A DNA stretch of 64,000 nucleotides from an uncultured Methanosarcinales archaeon (GTDB taxonomy: Archaea > Nanobdellota > Nanobdellia > Woesearchaeales > CAXGTL01). Location: contig CAZYAB010000004.1 of NCBI GenBank assembly GCA_964645705.1, positions 295-64,294 of the forward strand, written 5' to 3'. The notes under the pieces are model-generated. The model did not search any database. It was not told the origin of the DNA and worked only from the letters and a program-made list of their open reading frames with translations. Within the stretch, counting starts at the first letter, position 1, and every line of letters begins with the position of its first letter. Below, piece after piece: positions 50,382 through 59,908 of this stretch. Made by a program: the position numbers and the translations under genes.

Positions 50382-51422
50382 CTATCTAAAAGGTGAACAA
50401 ATAGGCTCACCCTGAAAAAAATCTTTAAACTTTTCAAAAGCACTTGCTCTGCAACCGCCACAGATAAACTTATATGGACAAATTCCGCAAATTCCTTTTA
50501 ATGTTCTATTTCTCAACTTATTAAACAATCCAGAATTATTCCAAAGATCATAGAAATCTTTTTCATAAACATTCCCTACAATCAAAGAGGACTTATCACA
50601 AGGCAATAAATTACCTTTAGGATCAATACAACAAATAGAAATTCCAGCACTACAACCTGCTAATATTTTAGAAAGGTCTTTGTATTTATTATAAATCTTA
50701 TCAACCATTGGTTCAATAGTATTATACAAAGGATCTCTACATCTTATATTTATATTATTGGATCTATTAAACAATTCTAAAAAAATGCTTTTTAATAAAT
50801 TCTTAGGTATCAAAGTATAATCATAATCATGTTTAAATCCTACAGGCCTATCTATAATATACTCAAACACATTCAGAGAAATGCAAAGATCGCAAATTTT
50901 AGGCAATTCATGAATGTTTTGTGGCATTGCTTTTGTTTTTAATGCTAAAGTAATGTTGGTTTTTACTATTTTTTTTATTAAATCAATTATTTTATCATAT
51001 GAATTTGAACTATTTTTAATCAAATTATTGTGAGTGTCTTTTAACCCATTTAATTCAATTACCATTGCGTCTAACCCTATTTTATTCAATAAATCAACAT
51101 CTTCAAAAGTTAATAAAGTTGCATTTGTTTCAAGAATTGAAAGAATACCATGATCTTTAGCAAATTTTATTAATTTAAGAATATCTTTTTTATATATTAA
51201 AGGCTCACCGCCTGTAAAAACAATTCTATGAATTGTCTTAGGATTTAAGTTTTTAATAAAATCTTTTGCTTTTTCTAAACCAAAACATCCTTTTTCAAAA
51301 GAGTTTAATGAAAATTTATACTCTATATTATTTTCATTTGTGTACTTAAAAAAAAGATATTCTATTTTATTTGATTTAATCTTTGTTTCAAACATTGAAA
51401 AAACAGTAAGGATCTTCTTCAA
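50382..51422 (-). CDS. Radical SAM enzyme with SPASM domain (second of tandem pair)
   Basis: HRIVFTGGEPL is present. The C-terminal CGICPYKFICGGCRASAF is a SPASM-type motif. The N-terminus overlaps the upstream rSAM by ~35 nt, so the Cx3Cx2C motif may lie in the overlap or the start may be misplaced. Confidence 0.65.
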   Translation of the reverse strand: MKKILTVFSMFETKIKSNKIEYLFFKYTNENNIEYKFSLNSFEKGCFGLEKAKDFIKNLNPKTIHRIVFTGGEPLIYKKDILKLIKFAKDHGILSILETNATLLTFEDVDLLNKIGLDAMVIELNGLKDTHNNLIKNSSNSYDKIIDLIKKIVKTNITLALKTKAMPQNIHELPKICDLCISLNVFEYIIDRPVGFKHDYDYTLIPKNLLKSIFLELFNRSNNINIRCRDPLYNTIEPMVDKIYNKYKDLSKILAGCSAGISICCIDPKGNLLPCDKSSLIVGNVYEKDFYDLWNNSGLFNKLRNRTLKGICGICPYKFICGGCRASAFEKFKDFFQGEPICSPFR

Positions 51423-52413
51423 AAATGTCCCCTTTTAAAGAATAAGCCATAGCCCTACATCCTCCACACAAATTAATATATTTACAAAACTTACACTTTC
51501 CTTTTAAACAATCCCTTTTTCTCAATTTTTTGAACAAACTTGAATTATTCCAAATATCTGAAAAATAATCTTTTCTTATATTTCCTGCAAATTTTGGAAC
51601 AAATCCACACGGAGAAACATTTCCTTTATTATCAATATTACAAATAGAAATTCCTGCCAAACAACCACCTAAAATTTCATCATTTAATTTATCTTTGTAT
51701 TTATTTTCAATTTTTTCTTTGTATAAATAAGGAATTATTACGGGATCTCTGCTCATCATTTTAATTCCTTTTTTTTGTGCATAAACCCAAGCTTTATCAA
51801 CAACTTCTTTATATTCCTCAGGCGCAACTAATAATTCTTTTTTATTAACTTTCATCTTACCAGCAGGAATATATCTTTTTAATGCAAACTCTTCAACACC
51901 TAACTCTTTTGTCAAATCAACCAAATATTTGTATTGATCCATGTTCCATTTCATAACAGTTAATTTAATTGTAACTTTTAAACCTTCATCAACTAAATAT
52001 TTAATCGCATTAATTGCCTTTTCAAAAGTACCTTTTTTTCCCCTAATCTTATCGTGTATTTCTTCATTTCCATCTAAACTAATTACTATTCCCCCTAAAT
52101 TTACTTTTTTCAATTTTTTTGCTATGTCTGAAGTTATCAAAGTACCATTAGAAGGCATATAAGTATTAATGCCTAATTCATGAGTATATTCTAATAAATC
52201 AAAAATTCCTTTTTTCAATAAAGGTTCTCCACCTGAAAAAACTATTCTTTCTGGTTTAAATCCTGAAATCTCTTTGATTACATCCCTTATTTCATTTATT
52301 GTTAGCTCATTTTTATCTTCAACACTGATTGAACCACAGTGCTTGCAATTTAAATTACATTTAGAAGTTAAATCTATTGAAACTAAAAGTAAAGGAAAAT
52401 CATCAGATTTCAT
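51388..52413 (-). CDS. Radical SAM enzyme with SPASM domain (first of tandem pair)
   Basis: SIDLTSKCNLNCKHCGS (Cx3Cx2C) and FSGGEPLL are present. The C-terminal CKFCKYINLCGGCRAMAYS is a SPASM-type motif. Confidence 0.8.
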   Translation of the reverse strand: MKSDDFPLLLVSIDLTSKCNLNCKHCGSISVEDKNELTINEIRDVIKEISGFKPERIVFSGGEPLLKKGIFDLLEYTHELGINTYMPSNGTLITSDIAKKLKKVNLGGIVISLDGNEEIHDKIRGKKGTFEKAINAIKYLVDEGLKVTIKLTVMKWNMDQYKYLVDLTKELGVEEFALKRYIPAGKMKVNKKELLVAPEEYKEVVDKAWVYAQKKGIKMMSRDPVIIPYLYKEKIENKYKDKLNDEILGGCLAGISICNIDNKGNVSPCGFVPKFAGNIRKDYFSDIWNNSSLFKKLRKRDCLKGKCKFCKYINLCGGCRAMAYSLKGDIFEEDPYCFFNV

Positions 52414-52439
52414 TATTCAATTCTCCGTATTCAAAATAC

Positions 52440-52577
52440 TTAATTGACACTAACGTGACAGCTAAATTCATTAGCAATTATCTTTTTCCTTTGAATAGGC
52501 ATTTGTAAAACAACAGTTTTAGAAGCATTCCCAGATAATTGTTTTTCCTTAGCTGTTATTTTTATGTCTTTTTTCAT
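52440..52577 (-). CDS. Unannotated 45-aa peptide; candidate precursor/substrate peptide for the downstream rSAM-SPASM pair
   Basis: My manual reverse-complement translation gives MKKDIKITAKEKQLSGNASKTVVLQMPIQRKKIIANEFSCHVSVN. A GGTGA Shine-Dalgarno-like sequence lies 6 nt upstream of the ATG. The stop is 27 nt before the first rSAM start. It has a single Cys near the C-terminus. Confidence 0.4.
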   Translation of the reverse strand: MKKDIKITAKEKQLSGNASKTVVLQMPIQRKKIIANEFSCHVSVN

Positions 52578-52662
52578 GATTCATCACCTAATAATCAAGA
52601 TAAAACACTGTTTTAAAAGGATTTCCGCCTACATTTTGCAAATCTTCCGAATAAAGAAATAA

Positions 52663-55104
52663 CTAAATCTCTATACCCAACTCAACAGGATAATTATTAC
52701 AAGCAATGCTCACTTCTTGATCAAACACAATTGCATCAGCATGCGTTACAGCCTTAATATCTTCAATAACTTTCATCAAAGCTTCTCTGTGTTCTTGTTT
52801 TTCGCATTTAATCACTAACTTCTTAAGAGAGGCTTTCAAAGATAGTTTATTATCAGACTTAAACTTACGCACAGTGCTGATTACATCAAGTGCAACATCA
52901 CCTGATAATTCTGCACCTTCATCTATCATAGATTCATCAACATTTGGCCATTTTGTTAAATGAATACTTTCTATTTTGATCTTATCTTTAAAATATGATT
53001 GATAAACATATTCAGTAATATAAGGCGTAAATGGTGAATAAAGTTTAAGAACATTTAACAAAACAGAGTACAAAGTAAATTGTGCACTTTTTCTTTCTTC
53101 AACACCGCGAGAATCAGGATTATAAAGACGGTCTTTTACAATTTCTAAATAATTATCACAAAATACTTGCCAAAAAAGTTTATCTGTTTCTAATCTTGGT
53201 CTAGAAAATCTAAATTTGTCCATTCTTTCTGTTGAAAATTTAATTAGTCTATTAAGTTTAGACAAAATCCATTTATCAAAAACCAGTAATTCTGGTTTGG
53301 ATAAATCATAATCCTGCAAATGTATAAAACAAAACTTAGAAGCATTGAATAATTTAGTAATAGTCTTTTTACCAGCAACAACATCTTTCTCAGGAAATGG
53401 CAAATCTTCACCTAATTTACAACCGCCTGCCATAAAACGAAGCGCATCTGCAGAATATTTATTGATCATGACTTGAGGTTCAATAACATTACCTTTTGAT
53501 TTAGACATTTTTTTCCCTTTTGGATCAAGCATCCAACCATTGATAAAACAATGATTCCATGGTTTAAGATTAAAATGTAACTTACTTTTTATAACAGTAT
53601 TAAATAACCAAAAAGTTATAATGTCATGACCTTGTGGCCTTAGATTCATAGGATTTTTTCTAAGTTTTTCATAAATTGCATGATCTTTGAATAATTCAAT
53701 TACCAATGTTGGTGTCAAAGAACTAGTAGCCCATGTGTTTATTATATCTTTTTCACCAATAAATTCAGAACAACCGCACTTAGGACACTTATCAACAGGT
53801 GGTTTATCCTCTAGAGGATCAACAGGAAGATCTTCTTCTTTAGCTAATATAACTTCATCACATTTTTTACAATACCAAACAGGAAAAGGAATGCCAAAAG
53901 GTAATTGTCGAGAAATACACCAATCCCATTGCAAACCATTTACCCAATTATCATATCTATTTTTCATGTGCTTAGGATGCCATCCTAATTCATTTCCCCA
54001 AGCAACCATCTTATCTTTAAGATCAAGATATTTTATAAACCACTGCTTAGAATGAATAAACTCAACAGTTGTGCCACATCTTTCATGCACATTAACAAAA
54101 TGTTTTATTGGTTTTTGCCCTTTAAGCAGATCTTTGTTCTTAAGATCTTTAATAATTTCTTTTCTAGCATTTTCAATTTTCATGCCTTTATATTTTCCAG
54201 AGATTTCAGTCATCAAACCATTATTATTAATTGCTTCTTTAATAGGTAGTTTATGTGCTTTTTGCCATTCCATGTCGGCTTGATCACCAAAAGTACAACA
54301 CATAACAATGCCTGTTCCTTTTTCAGGATCAGCTCTATGATCTTCTAAAATAGGAACTTCAAAATCAAACAAAGGAACTTTTGCTTTTTTGTCTTTAAGA
54401 TTTTGGTAACGTTTATCATCAGGATGGAAAAAGATTGCAACACAAGCTGGCAGCAACTCTGGTCTAGTTGTTGCGATTATTAATTCTTTATTACCTACTT
54501 TAAACACAATATCATTAAAATGAGAACTTATTTCCTTGTCTTCACATTCAACTTGAGCAATAGCTGTTCTACATTTAGGACAAAATATAGCAGGGGCTTC
54601 TGCTCTATATTCTCTACCCATTTTATACAAATCAATAAAAGATTTTTGAGAGATTCTTTGACAATGAGGATCAATAGTAGAATAATTAACACTAAAATCA
54701 CAACTAATTCCTAAACGTCTCCAGTCATTTGTATAACTTGGTTTTAATTCATTATTCAAAGTATCTAAACACAATTTTCTAAATTCTTTTCTACCTAAAT
54801 CCTCTGCTCTTACTTTTTTCAAGTTTTCAATAAGCAATTTTGTTGGTAAACCATTATCATCTGTTCCAAATGGTTGTAAAACACTAAATCCTTTCATTCT
54901 TTTATATCTAGCAATGAAATCTTGTTGACTATTACCAAAAGCATGACCTAGATGCATCTTCCCACTAACAGTAGGAGGAGGTGTATCTATTACAAACAAG
55001 GGTTTTTTAGAATCAGGATCAAATTTATAGATTTGATTATCTTCCCAGAATTTCAATATTTTTGGTTCTTCCACTTGCGGATCATATTTCTTAGCCAGTT
55101 CCAT
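52663..55104 (-). CDS. valS: Valyl-tRNA synthetase (class I aaRS)
   Basis: PPPTVSGKMHLGHAFG is a HIGH-like motif in the ValRS-type PPPxxSG context. KMSKSKGN is present. Zn-binding CxxC pairs lie in the editing/CP region. Length is 813 aa. Confidence 0.7.
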   Translation of the reverse strand: MELAKKYDPQVEEPKILKFWEDNQIYKFDPDSKKPLFVIDTPPPTVSGKMHLGHAFGNSQQDFIARYKRMKGFSVLQPFGTDDNGLPTKLLIENLKKVRAEDLGRKEFRKLCLDTLNNELKPSYTNDWRRLGISCDFSVNYSTIDPHCQRISQKSFIDLYKMGREYRAEAPAIFCPKCRTAIAQVECEDKEISSHFNDIVFKVGNKELIIATTRPELLPACVAIFFHPDDKRYQNLKDKKAKVPLFDFEVPILEDHRADPEKGTGIVMCCTFGDQADMEWQKAHKLPIKEAINNNGLMTEISGKYKGMKIENARKEIIKDLKNKDLLKGQKPIKHFVNVHERCGTTVEFIHSKQWFIKYLDLKDKMVAWGNELGWHPKHMKNRYDNWVNGLQWDWCISRQLPFGIPFPVWYCKKCDEVILAKEEDLPVDPLEDKPPVDKCPKCGCSEFIGEKDIINTWATSSLTPTLVIELFKDHAIYEKLRKNPMNLRPQGHDIITFWLFNTVIKSKLHFNLKPWNHCFINGWMLDPKGKKMSKSKGNVIEPQVMINKYSADALRFMAGGCKLGEDLPFPEKDVVAGKKTITKLFNASKFCFIHLQDYDLSKPELLVFDKWILSKLNRLIKFSTERMDKFRFSRPRLETDKLFWQVFCDNYLEIVKDRLYNPDSRGVEERKSAQFTLYSVLLNVLKLYSPFTPYITEYVYQSYFKDKIKIESIHLTKWPNVDESMIDEGAELSGDVALDVISTVRKFKSDNKLSLKASLKKLVIKCEKQEHREALMKVIEDIKAVTHADAIVFDQEVSIACNNYPVELGIEI

Positions 55105-55180
55105 AGTACTAATAGTAAGTAAAAGAGTATTTAAAAAGGTTATTGTTTAAAATAAGTACTTGAAAAGAACAAATAATCAA

Positions 55181-56485
55181 TCAAGCAGCTTTAACTAATT
55201 TTCTTTTTTCAAGCATATCATTAAATATATAAACAATCATACCAAGATTTTCATGCTTTACACCAGAAAGTTTTAAAGTTTCTTGGTCAATTGGTTTTTC
55301 CTTGCTCCACAAACTTGCAATTATTTTCAAATATTTTCCTTCAACTCCTTCCTTCTTCAACAAACCCATCGGAGATTTTGATTTTTTCTTTCTTTGTTTA
55401 TGAACAGCTTCCTCTTCAGCAGTTTCAATAAATTCACCCTCAATAGTTAAACCACTAAAGATTATTCTTTTCTTATTTTCTAATTTATTAAATAAAGATT
55501 TCAGATTAAAAGCACTAATTTGTCTTTCTTTTGCAAAAGTTAAATTTGTTTTTAAATCAGCAGGAACAATCATAGTATCGCTTACAAAGACGTAATCAGG
55601 CACACACAAACCCTGCGCTCTTTTATTTGCAGCTTTTTTAAAACTGTTATCTTCGTCTAAAGGGATCATAATACCATTTTCACCTATTTCTGCAGAGATT
55701 TTTTTTGTGAGATTATTTATTTCATCTCTTTGCATTTCTTCAAATAATTCTTGAATTTTCTCTTCAAATTTACTACCTATAAAAGTGCTAAAAGGGTTAA
55801 AGCTAGTGCTCCTACAAAAAGCTGTTAAATTATTAAATTCAGACCTGAAAAAAATATTAGGTGACTTTTCTTTGATTATCTTTTTAGCAAATTTAAAAAG
55901 AGCATAAATATTCATCTTAATATTCTTTTTTGCAGCGAGTTCTATAAACCTGTTTAAAAGGGAACGAAGATTTCTTTTTATATAACTTGCATGACCCCTT
56001 TTATACAAAGGATTTATTTTTTCAAGAAAATTTATTTTTTTATAATAAACATAATAAGAAGCACCCAAAAAATAAGAAATCTTTGCACCAATTTTAAATT
56101 TTTCATAATTCAACCGATCAAAACCTTCAAAGATCTGAAAAAAATCTCTTACAGTATGATAAAGAACTTTATAATCTCTTTTAAAAATGTCAATAATAGA
56201 CATACTAGTAAGAATTTTCGGAAAATGTTTTTGTCTATTTATATAATCATCAGGACAAATAAAGAATCCATCATGATAACTCAAATTAATCATAGAACCA
56301 TCATCTACTTTTAAGTATTTAAGGAGTTTCTTATTATCCCTTTTAAAATGATCCCAAGTCAAAATAAACATATTATAATATTTTAAAAAAAAGATATATA
56401 TAAAACTTTCTATAATATGTAAATCAATAAAAAATGAACTAGAAAACAATAATCTTAATAAATCCTTAAATATTCCTTGAATCAT
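55181..56485 (-). CDS. Hypothetical protein (434 aa)
   Basis: Long ORF with no recognisable motif. The Lys-rich C-terminal region includes a KKKSKSP stretch. Confidence 0.4.
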   Translation of the reverse strand: MIQGIFKDLLRLLFSSSFFIDLHIIESFIYIFFLKYYNMFILTWDHFKRDNKKLLKYLKVDDGSMINLSYHDGFFICPDDYINRQKHFPKILTSMSIIDIFKRDYKVLYHTVRDFFQIFEGFDRLNYEKFKIGAKISYFLGASYYVYYKKINFLEKINPLYKRGHASYIKRNLRSLLNRFIELAAKKNIKMNIYALFKFAKKIIKEKSPNIFFRSEFNNLTAFCRSTSFNPFSTFIGSKFEEKIQELFEEMQRDEINNLTKKISAEIGENGIMIPLDEDNSFKKAANKRAQGLCVPDYVFVSDTMIVPADLKTNLTFAKERQISAFNLKSLFNKLENKKRIIFSGLTIEGEFIETAEEEAVHKQRKKKSKSPMGLLKKEGVEGKYLKIIASLWSKEKPIDQETLKLSGVKHENLGMIVYIFNDMLEKRKLVKAA

Positions 56486-57698
56486 GCCAAACCAACCATG
56501 GACTAAAAAATATCAACCAAAAAATTCTAAAGAGATATTTGGTCAGAATAAAGCAATTGAAAAACTAAAATTTTACATAAACAATTACAAAAAACAAACA
56601 AAAAAAGCAGTAATATTGTATGGAATGCCTGGTAATGGAAAAACATCATCAATATATGCTTTAGCTAATGAACTCAATAGAGAAATAATAGAAATTAATG
56701 CTTCTGATTTTAGAAACAAAGAACAAGTAGAATCATTGATTGGAAGTGCTTCACAACAAATGTCATTATTTATGAAAGAAAAAATAATATTGTTTGATGA
56801 AATAGATGGTTTATCAGGAACAAAAGACAGAGGAGGAATTAGTGCAATAACAAAAGTAATAAGCAAAAGCAAATTCCCAATAATATTAACTGCAAATGAC
56901 CCGTATGATAAAAAACTCTCAACATTAAGAAAAAAATGCGAAATAATACAATTCTCCACACTATCATATATTTCTATTTACAATTGTTTGAAAAAAATAT
57001 GTGAATCAGAAAAAATAAAATACGATGAAACAGCATTAAAAACATTAGCAAGGGTACAAGGAGGGGATCTAAGAGGAGCTATAACTGATTTACAATTATT
57101 ATCAACGCAAAAAGAAATCAATGAAAAAATGATTGAAAACTTATTTTCAAGAAACCAAAAACAATCAATGTTAAAAGCACTTGTTAAAGTATTAAAAAAC
57201 TCAAATCCTGCGATAGCCGTCTCTGCATTTGATGAAGTTGACTTAGATCTCAATAGATCATTATTATGGGTCGATGAAAACCTACCAAAAGAATACTTAA
57301 AACCAAATGATCTCTATAGAGCATACACTTTCTTGGCAAAATCAGAGATATTCAATTCAAGAATTAGAAGATGGCAATATTGGCGCTTATTAGTATATTT
57401 TAATTCATTGATGACTGCCGGCGTTGCAGTTAGTAAAGATGAAAAATATAAACATTTTATAATATACAGACCAACAACAAGAATTTTGAAATTATGGAGA
57501 GCAAAAATGAAAAATGGGAAAAAGAGAGAGATATCTAAAAAAATTGCAAAATGTACACATACTTCATCAAAAATAGCAATAAATAAAATTTTGCCTTTTA
57601 TAAAAATTATTTTCAAGAACGATAAAGAAACTAAAAATAAATTAATTGATGAATTTAACCTGAATAATGATGAAATTGAATTCCTTGCAATTTCTTAA
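56484..57698 (+). CDS. rfc: Replication factor C subunit (clamp loader; probably large subunit)
   Basis: PWTKKYQPKNSKEIFGQNKAIEKL is the RFC box II-like start. ILYGMPGNGKTS is the Walker A. ILFDEIDG is the Walker B/DEID. Sensor motifs follow. Length is 404 aa. Confidence 0.8.
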   Translation: MPNQPWTKKYQPKNSKEIFGQNKAIEKLKFYINNYKKQTKKAVILYGMPGNGKTSSIYALANELNREIIEINASDFRNKEQVESLIGSASQQMSLFMKEKIILFDEIDGLSGTKDRGGISAITKVISKSKFPIILTANDPYDKKLSTLRKKCEIIQFSTLSYISIYNCLKKICESEKIKYDETALKTLARVQGGDLRGAITDLQLLSTQKEINEKMIENLFSRNQKQSMLKALVKVLKNSNPAIAVSAFDEVDLDLNRSLLWVDENLPKEYLKPNDLYRAYTFLAKSEIFNSRIRRWQYWRLLVYFNSLMTAGVAVSKDEKYKHFIIYRPTTRILKLWRAKMKNGKKREISKKIAKCTHTSSKIAINKILPFIKIIFKNDKETKNKLIDEFNLNNDEIEFLAIS

Positions 57699-57755
57699 AT
57701 TATATATATACAAAGATAGTAAAGTTTATATACATATTAAACAATTTAAAGTTTA

Positions 57756-59867
57756 ATGAAAAAAAGATTGATGGTTTTAATAATAGTTTTAATATTTCTG
57801 TTTAGTTTGAACTTTTGTTTAGGAATAATAAGGTCAGAAGACAATATTAAAGAAGAATATAATTTAGGCGATGTTATTGAAACTAGCGGGGATATTTTTA
57901 GTACAAAAGATAGCAATGTAGATTTTAAAATTAAAATAATTTGTTCTGATCAGGAAACATTACTTATGATAAAAAAGATGTATCTTAAGAAGAATACACT
58001 ACAAAAATTTGAGGAAAATCTATTCATACCTTATTTTTCAGAAGAAATTTGTAAATTGAAATACGAGCTTTTTGAAAATAATAATAAAATTGAGGAAAAA
58101 GAATCAAAAGAATTAAAAATAGTAAAAAAATTAAATACTCGTGTAATATTAGAAAATGAATTAATCCAATTAGGGGAAACAATATTATTAAAGGGTGAAG
58201 CTAAAAAATTAAATGATGAAAAGATCAATGGAAATGCTCTAATTTCTATTAAAAAAGATAATGAAAATTATTTAATAGTGAATTCAGAAATAAACAAAGG
58301 AGTTATCGAAAAAGAAATAGGTCCTATTTTAATTCCGAATGGAGATTATTTTTTAACGATAAATATAAGAGACGTTCACGGAAATGAAGGAAAAGTTGAA
58401 AATTTACCATTTAAAGTATTGACTAAAATAGAATTAGAAACAAAAATAAATAAAATAAACTTTGTTCCTGGTGAAAAAATAAAAATAACAGGAAGCATAA
58501 CTAATTTAAAAGAAATATCTGATGAATTTGAGCTTAGAATTAATCTTAATGATCAAAACCAGGAAAAAATCATTCCAGCAGAATTTGAACAAGAATTTAA
58601 GATACAAGAAAACACAAAATCACTCATAAATAAATTAATTATTAAAGTATTTGATAATTATGGTAATGTTGGTGAAGACATACATGAAATAAACATAATT
58701 CCACAAGTAAAAGAAATAAAGATGGATACAGATAAAAAAGAGTATGAAATAGACAACACAATAAATATTAACATAAGCTTGATCGACCAAGCAAATGATA
58801 TAATTAATGATGATGTGAAGTTAATAATCAAAAATAATTTATTTACAATTGATGAAATGAGGGTTAATACTAAAGAAACTATCAAATACAAGGTTAAAGA
58901 TGGGTTAGATGGTGAAGAAATAAGAATAATAACTGAATATAATGACTTAAAAAATGAAAAAGAGATACAAATATTAGAAACAGATACAACAAATAAAGAA
59001 AAAGATTACATAACTGGAAATTTTGCAAAAGAGCTAGGAAAAAATCTTAGCAAATTAGGATATGTTATGGGTGCTTTGATATTATTAGTTATACTGGTTT
59101 TTGTTTTATCACACTCTAAATTAAAAAAAGACGTAAAACACATGTTTAAGAAAAAACATGAAAAACATGAAAAAGTAAAAAAACAACTTCAAAATAAAAT
59201 TAAAAAAAAACACAAAGAAAAAAAACAACTAGAAAAAACATTCCATACATATATTGACCCAGTCATTGCAAAAAGATTAGTTCAAGAAAAAGGGAGTAAA
59301 GAAGGAATTAAAAAAAACATTACTGTTTTATTTGCAGACATGAGAGGTTTTACTAGATTGTCTGAAAACACAGATCCTGAAAAAGTAGTTGATAAATTAA
59401 ATTTATTTCACAAAGCAGTTTCAGACTCAATAAAAATGTATAATGGAATTGTTGATCAAATAGTAGGTGATGAAGTTTTTGCATTATTCAATGTGGTTAA
59501 AGAAGATGGCAACCACGCATTAAACGCAGCAAAAGCTGCAATAAAAGTAAGAAGCAAAATAAATGAAATAAACAAAAAATTAAAAAAAGAAAACAAAAAA
59601 CTAATAAAAGTAGGCATAGGTGTAAATTCCGGTGAAGTAATGTTAGGCAACATAGGGTCTGATAATATGTTAAGATATACTGCTATAGGCAATACAGTTA
59701 ATCTTGGTTCAAGACTACAAAGCAAAGCAAAACATAATCAAATACTGATTACAGAGGAAACATACAAAATTCTAAAAAAAGATATAGAAGTTGAAGATTT
59801 GGGTTATATGAATTTTAAAAATATCAGTAAACAAGTCAGTGTGTATAATGTTATTGGGTTAAAGTAA
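57756..59867 (+). CDS. Membrane-anchored class III adenylate/guanylate cyclase with N-terminal extracytoplasmic domain
   Basis: Signal/TM at the N-terminus and a ~400-aa extracellular region. A TM helix (GYVMGALILLVILVFVLS) and a Lys-rich linker follow. The cyclase homology domain runs ITVLFADMRGFTRL…VGDEVFALFN…KVGIGVNSGEVMLGNIGS…YTAIGNTVNLGSRLQS. Confidence 0.75.
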   Translation: MKKRLMVLIIVLIFLFSLNFCLGIIRSEDNIKEEYNLGDVIETSGDIFSTKDSNVDFKIKIICSDQETLLMIKKMYLKKNTLQKFEENLFIPYFSEEICKLKYELFENNNKIEEKESKELKIVKKLNTRVILENELIQLGETILLKGEAKKLNDEKINGNALISIKKDNENYLIVNSEINKGVIEKEIGPILIPNGDYFLTINIRDVHGNEGKVENLPFKVLTKIELETKINKINFVPGEKIKITGSITNLKEISDEFELRINLNDQNQEKIIPAEFEQEFKIQENTKSLINKLIIKVFDNYGNVGEDIHEINIIPQVKEIKMDTDKKEYEIDNTININISLIDQANDIINDDVKLIIKNNLFTIDEMRVNTKETIKYKVKDGLDGEEIRIITEYNDLKNEKEIQILETDTTNKEKDYITGNFAKELGKNLSKLGYVMGALILLVILVFVLSHSKLKKDVKHMFKKKHEKHEKVKKQLQNKIKKKHKEKKQLEKTFHTYIDPVIAKRLVQEKGSKEGIKKNITVLFADMRGFTRLSENTDPEKVVDKLNLFHKAVSDSIKMYNGIVDQIVGDEVFALFNVVKEDGNHALNAAKAAIKVRSKINEINKKLKKENKKLIKVGIGVNSGEVMLGNIGSDNMLRYTAIGNTVNLGSRLQSKAKHNQILITEETYKILKKDIEVEDLGYMNFKNISKQVSVYNVIGLK

Positions 59868-59908
59868 TTCTAGAAATAGTAATAATAAAAAACAAAAATA
59901 ATAAAAAA

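Noticed and set aside
50382-52413. Possibility that the tandem rSAM pair is AhbC/AhbD-like (alternative heme) or another cofactor pathway rather than peptide maturases
   Set aside because: Not excluded. This is kept as the alternative in the finding. No other heme- or cofactor-pathway genes are nearby, and a peptide ORF with an SD sits directly upstream, so the RiPP-like reading was preferred but remains unproven.
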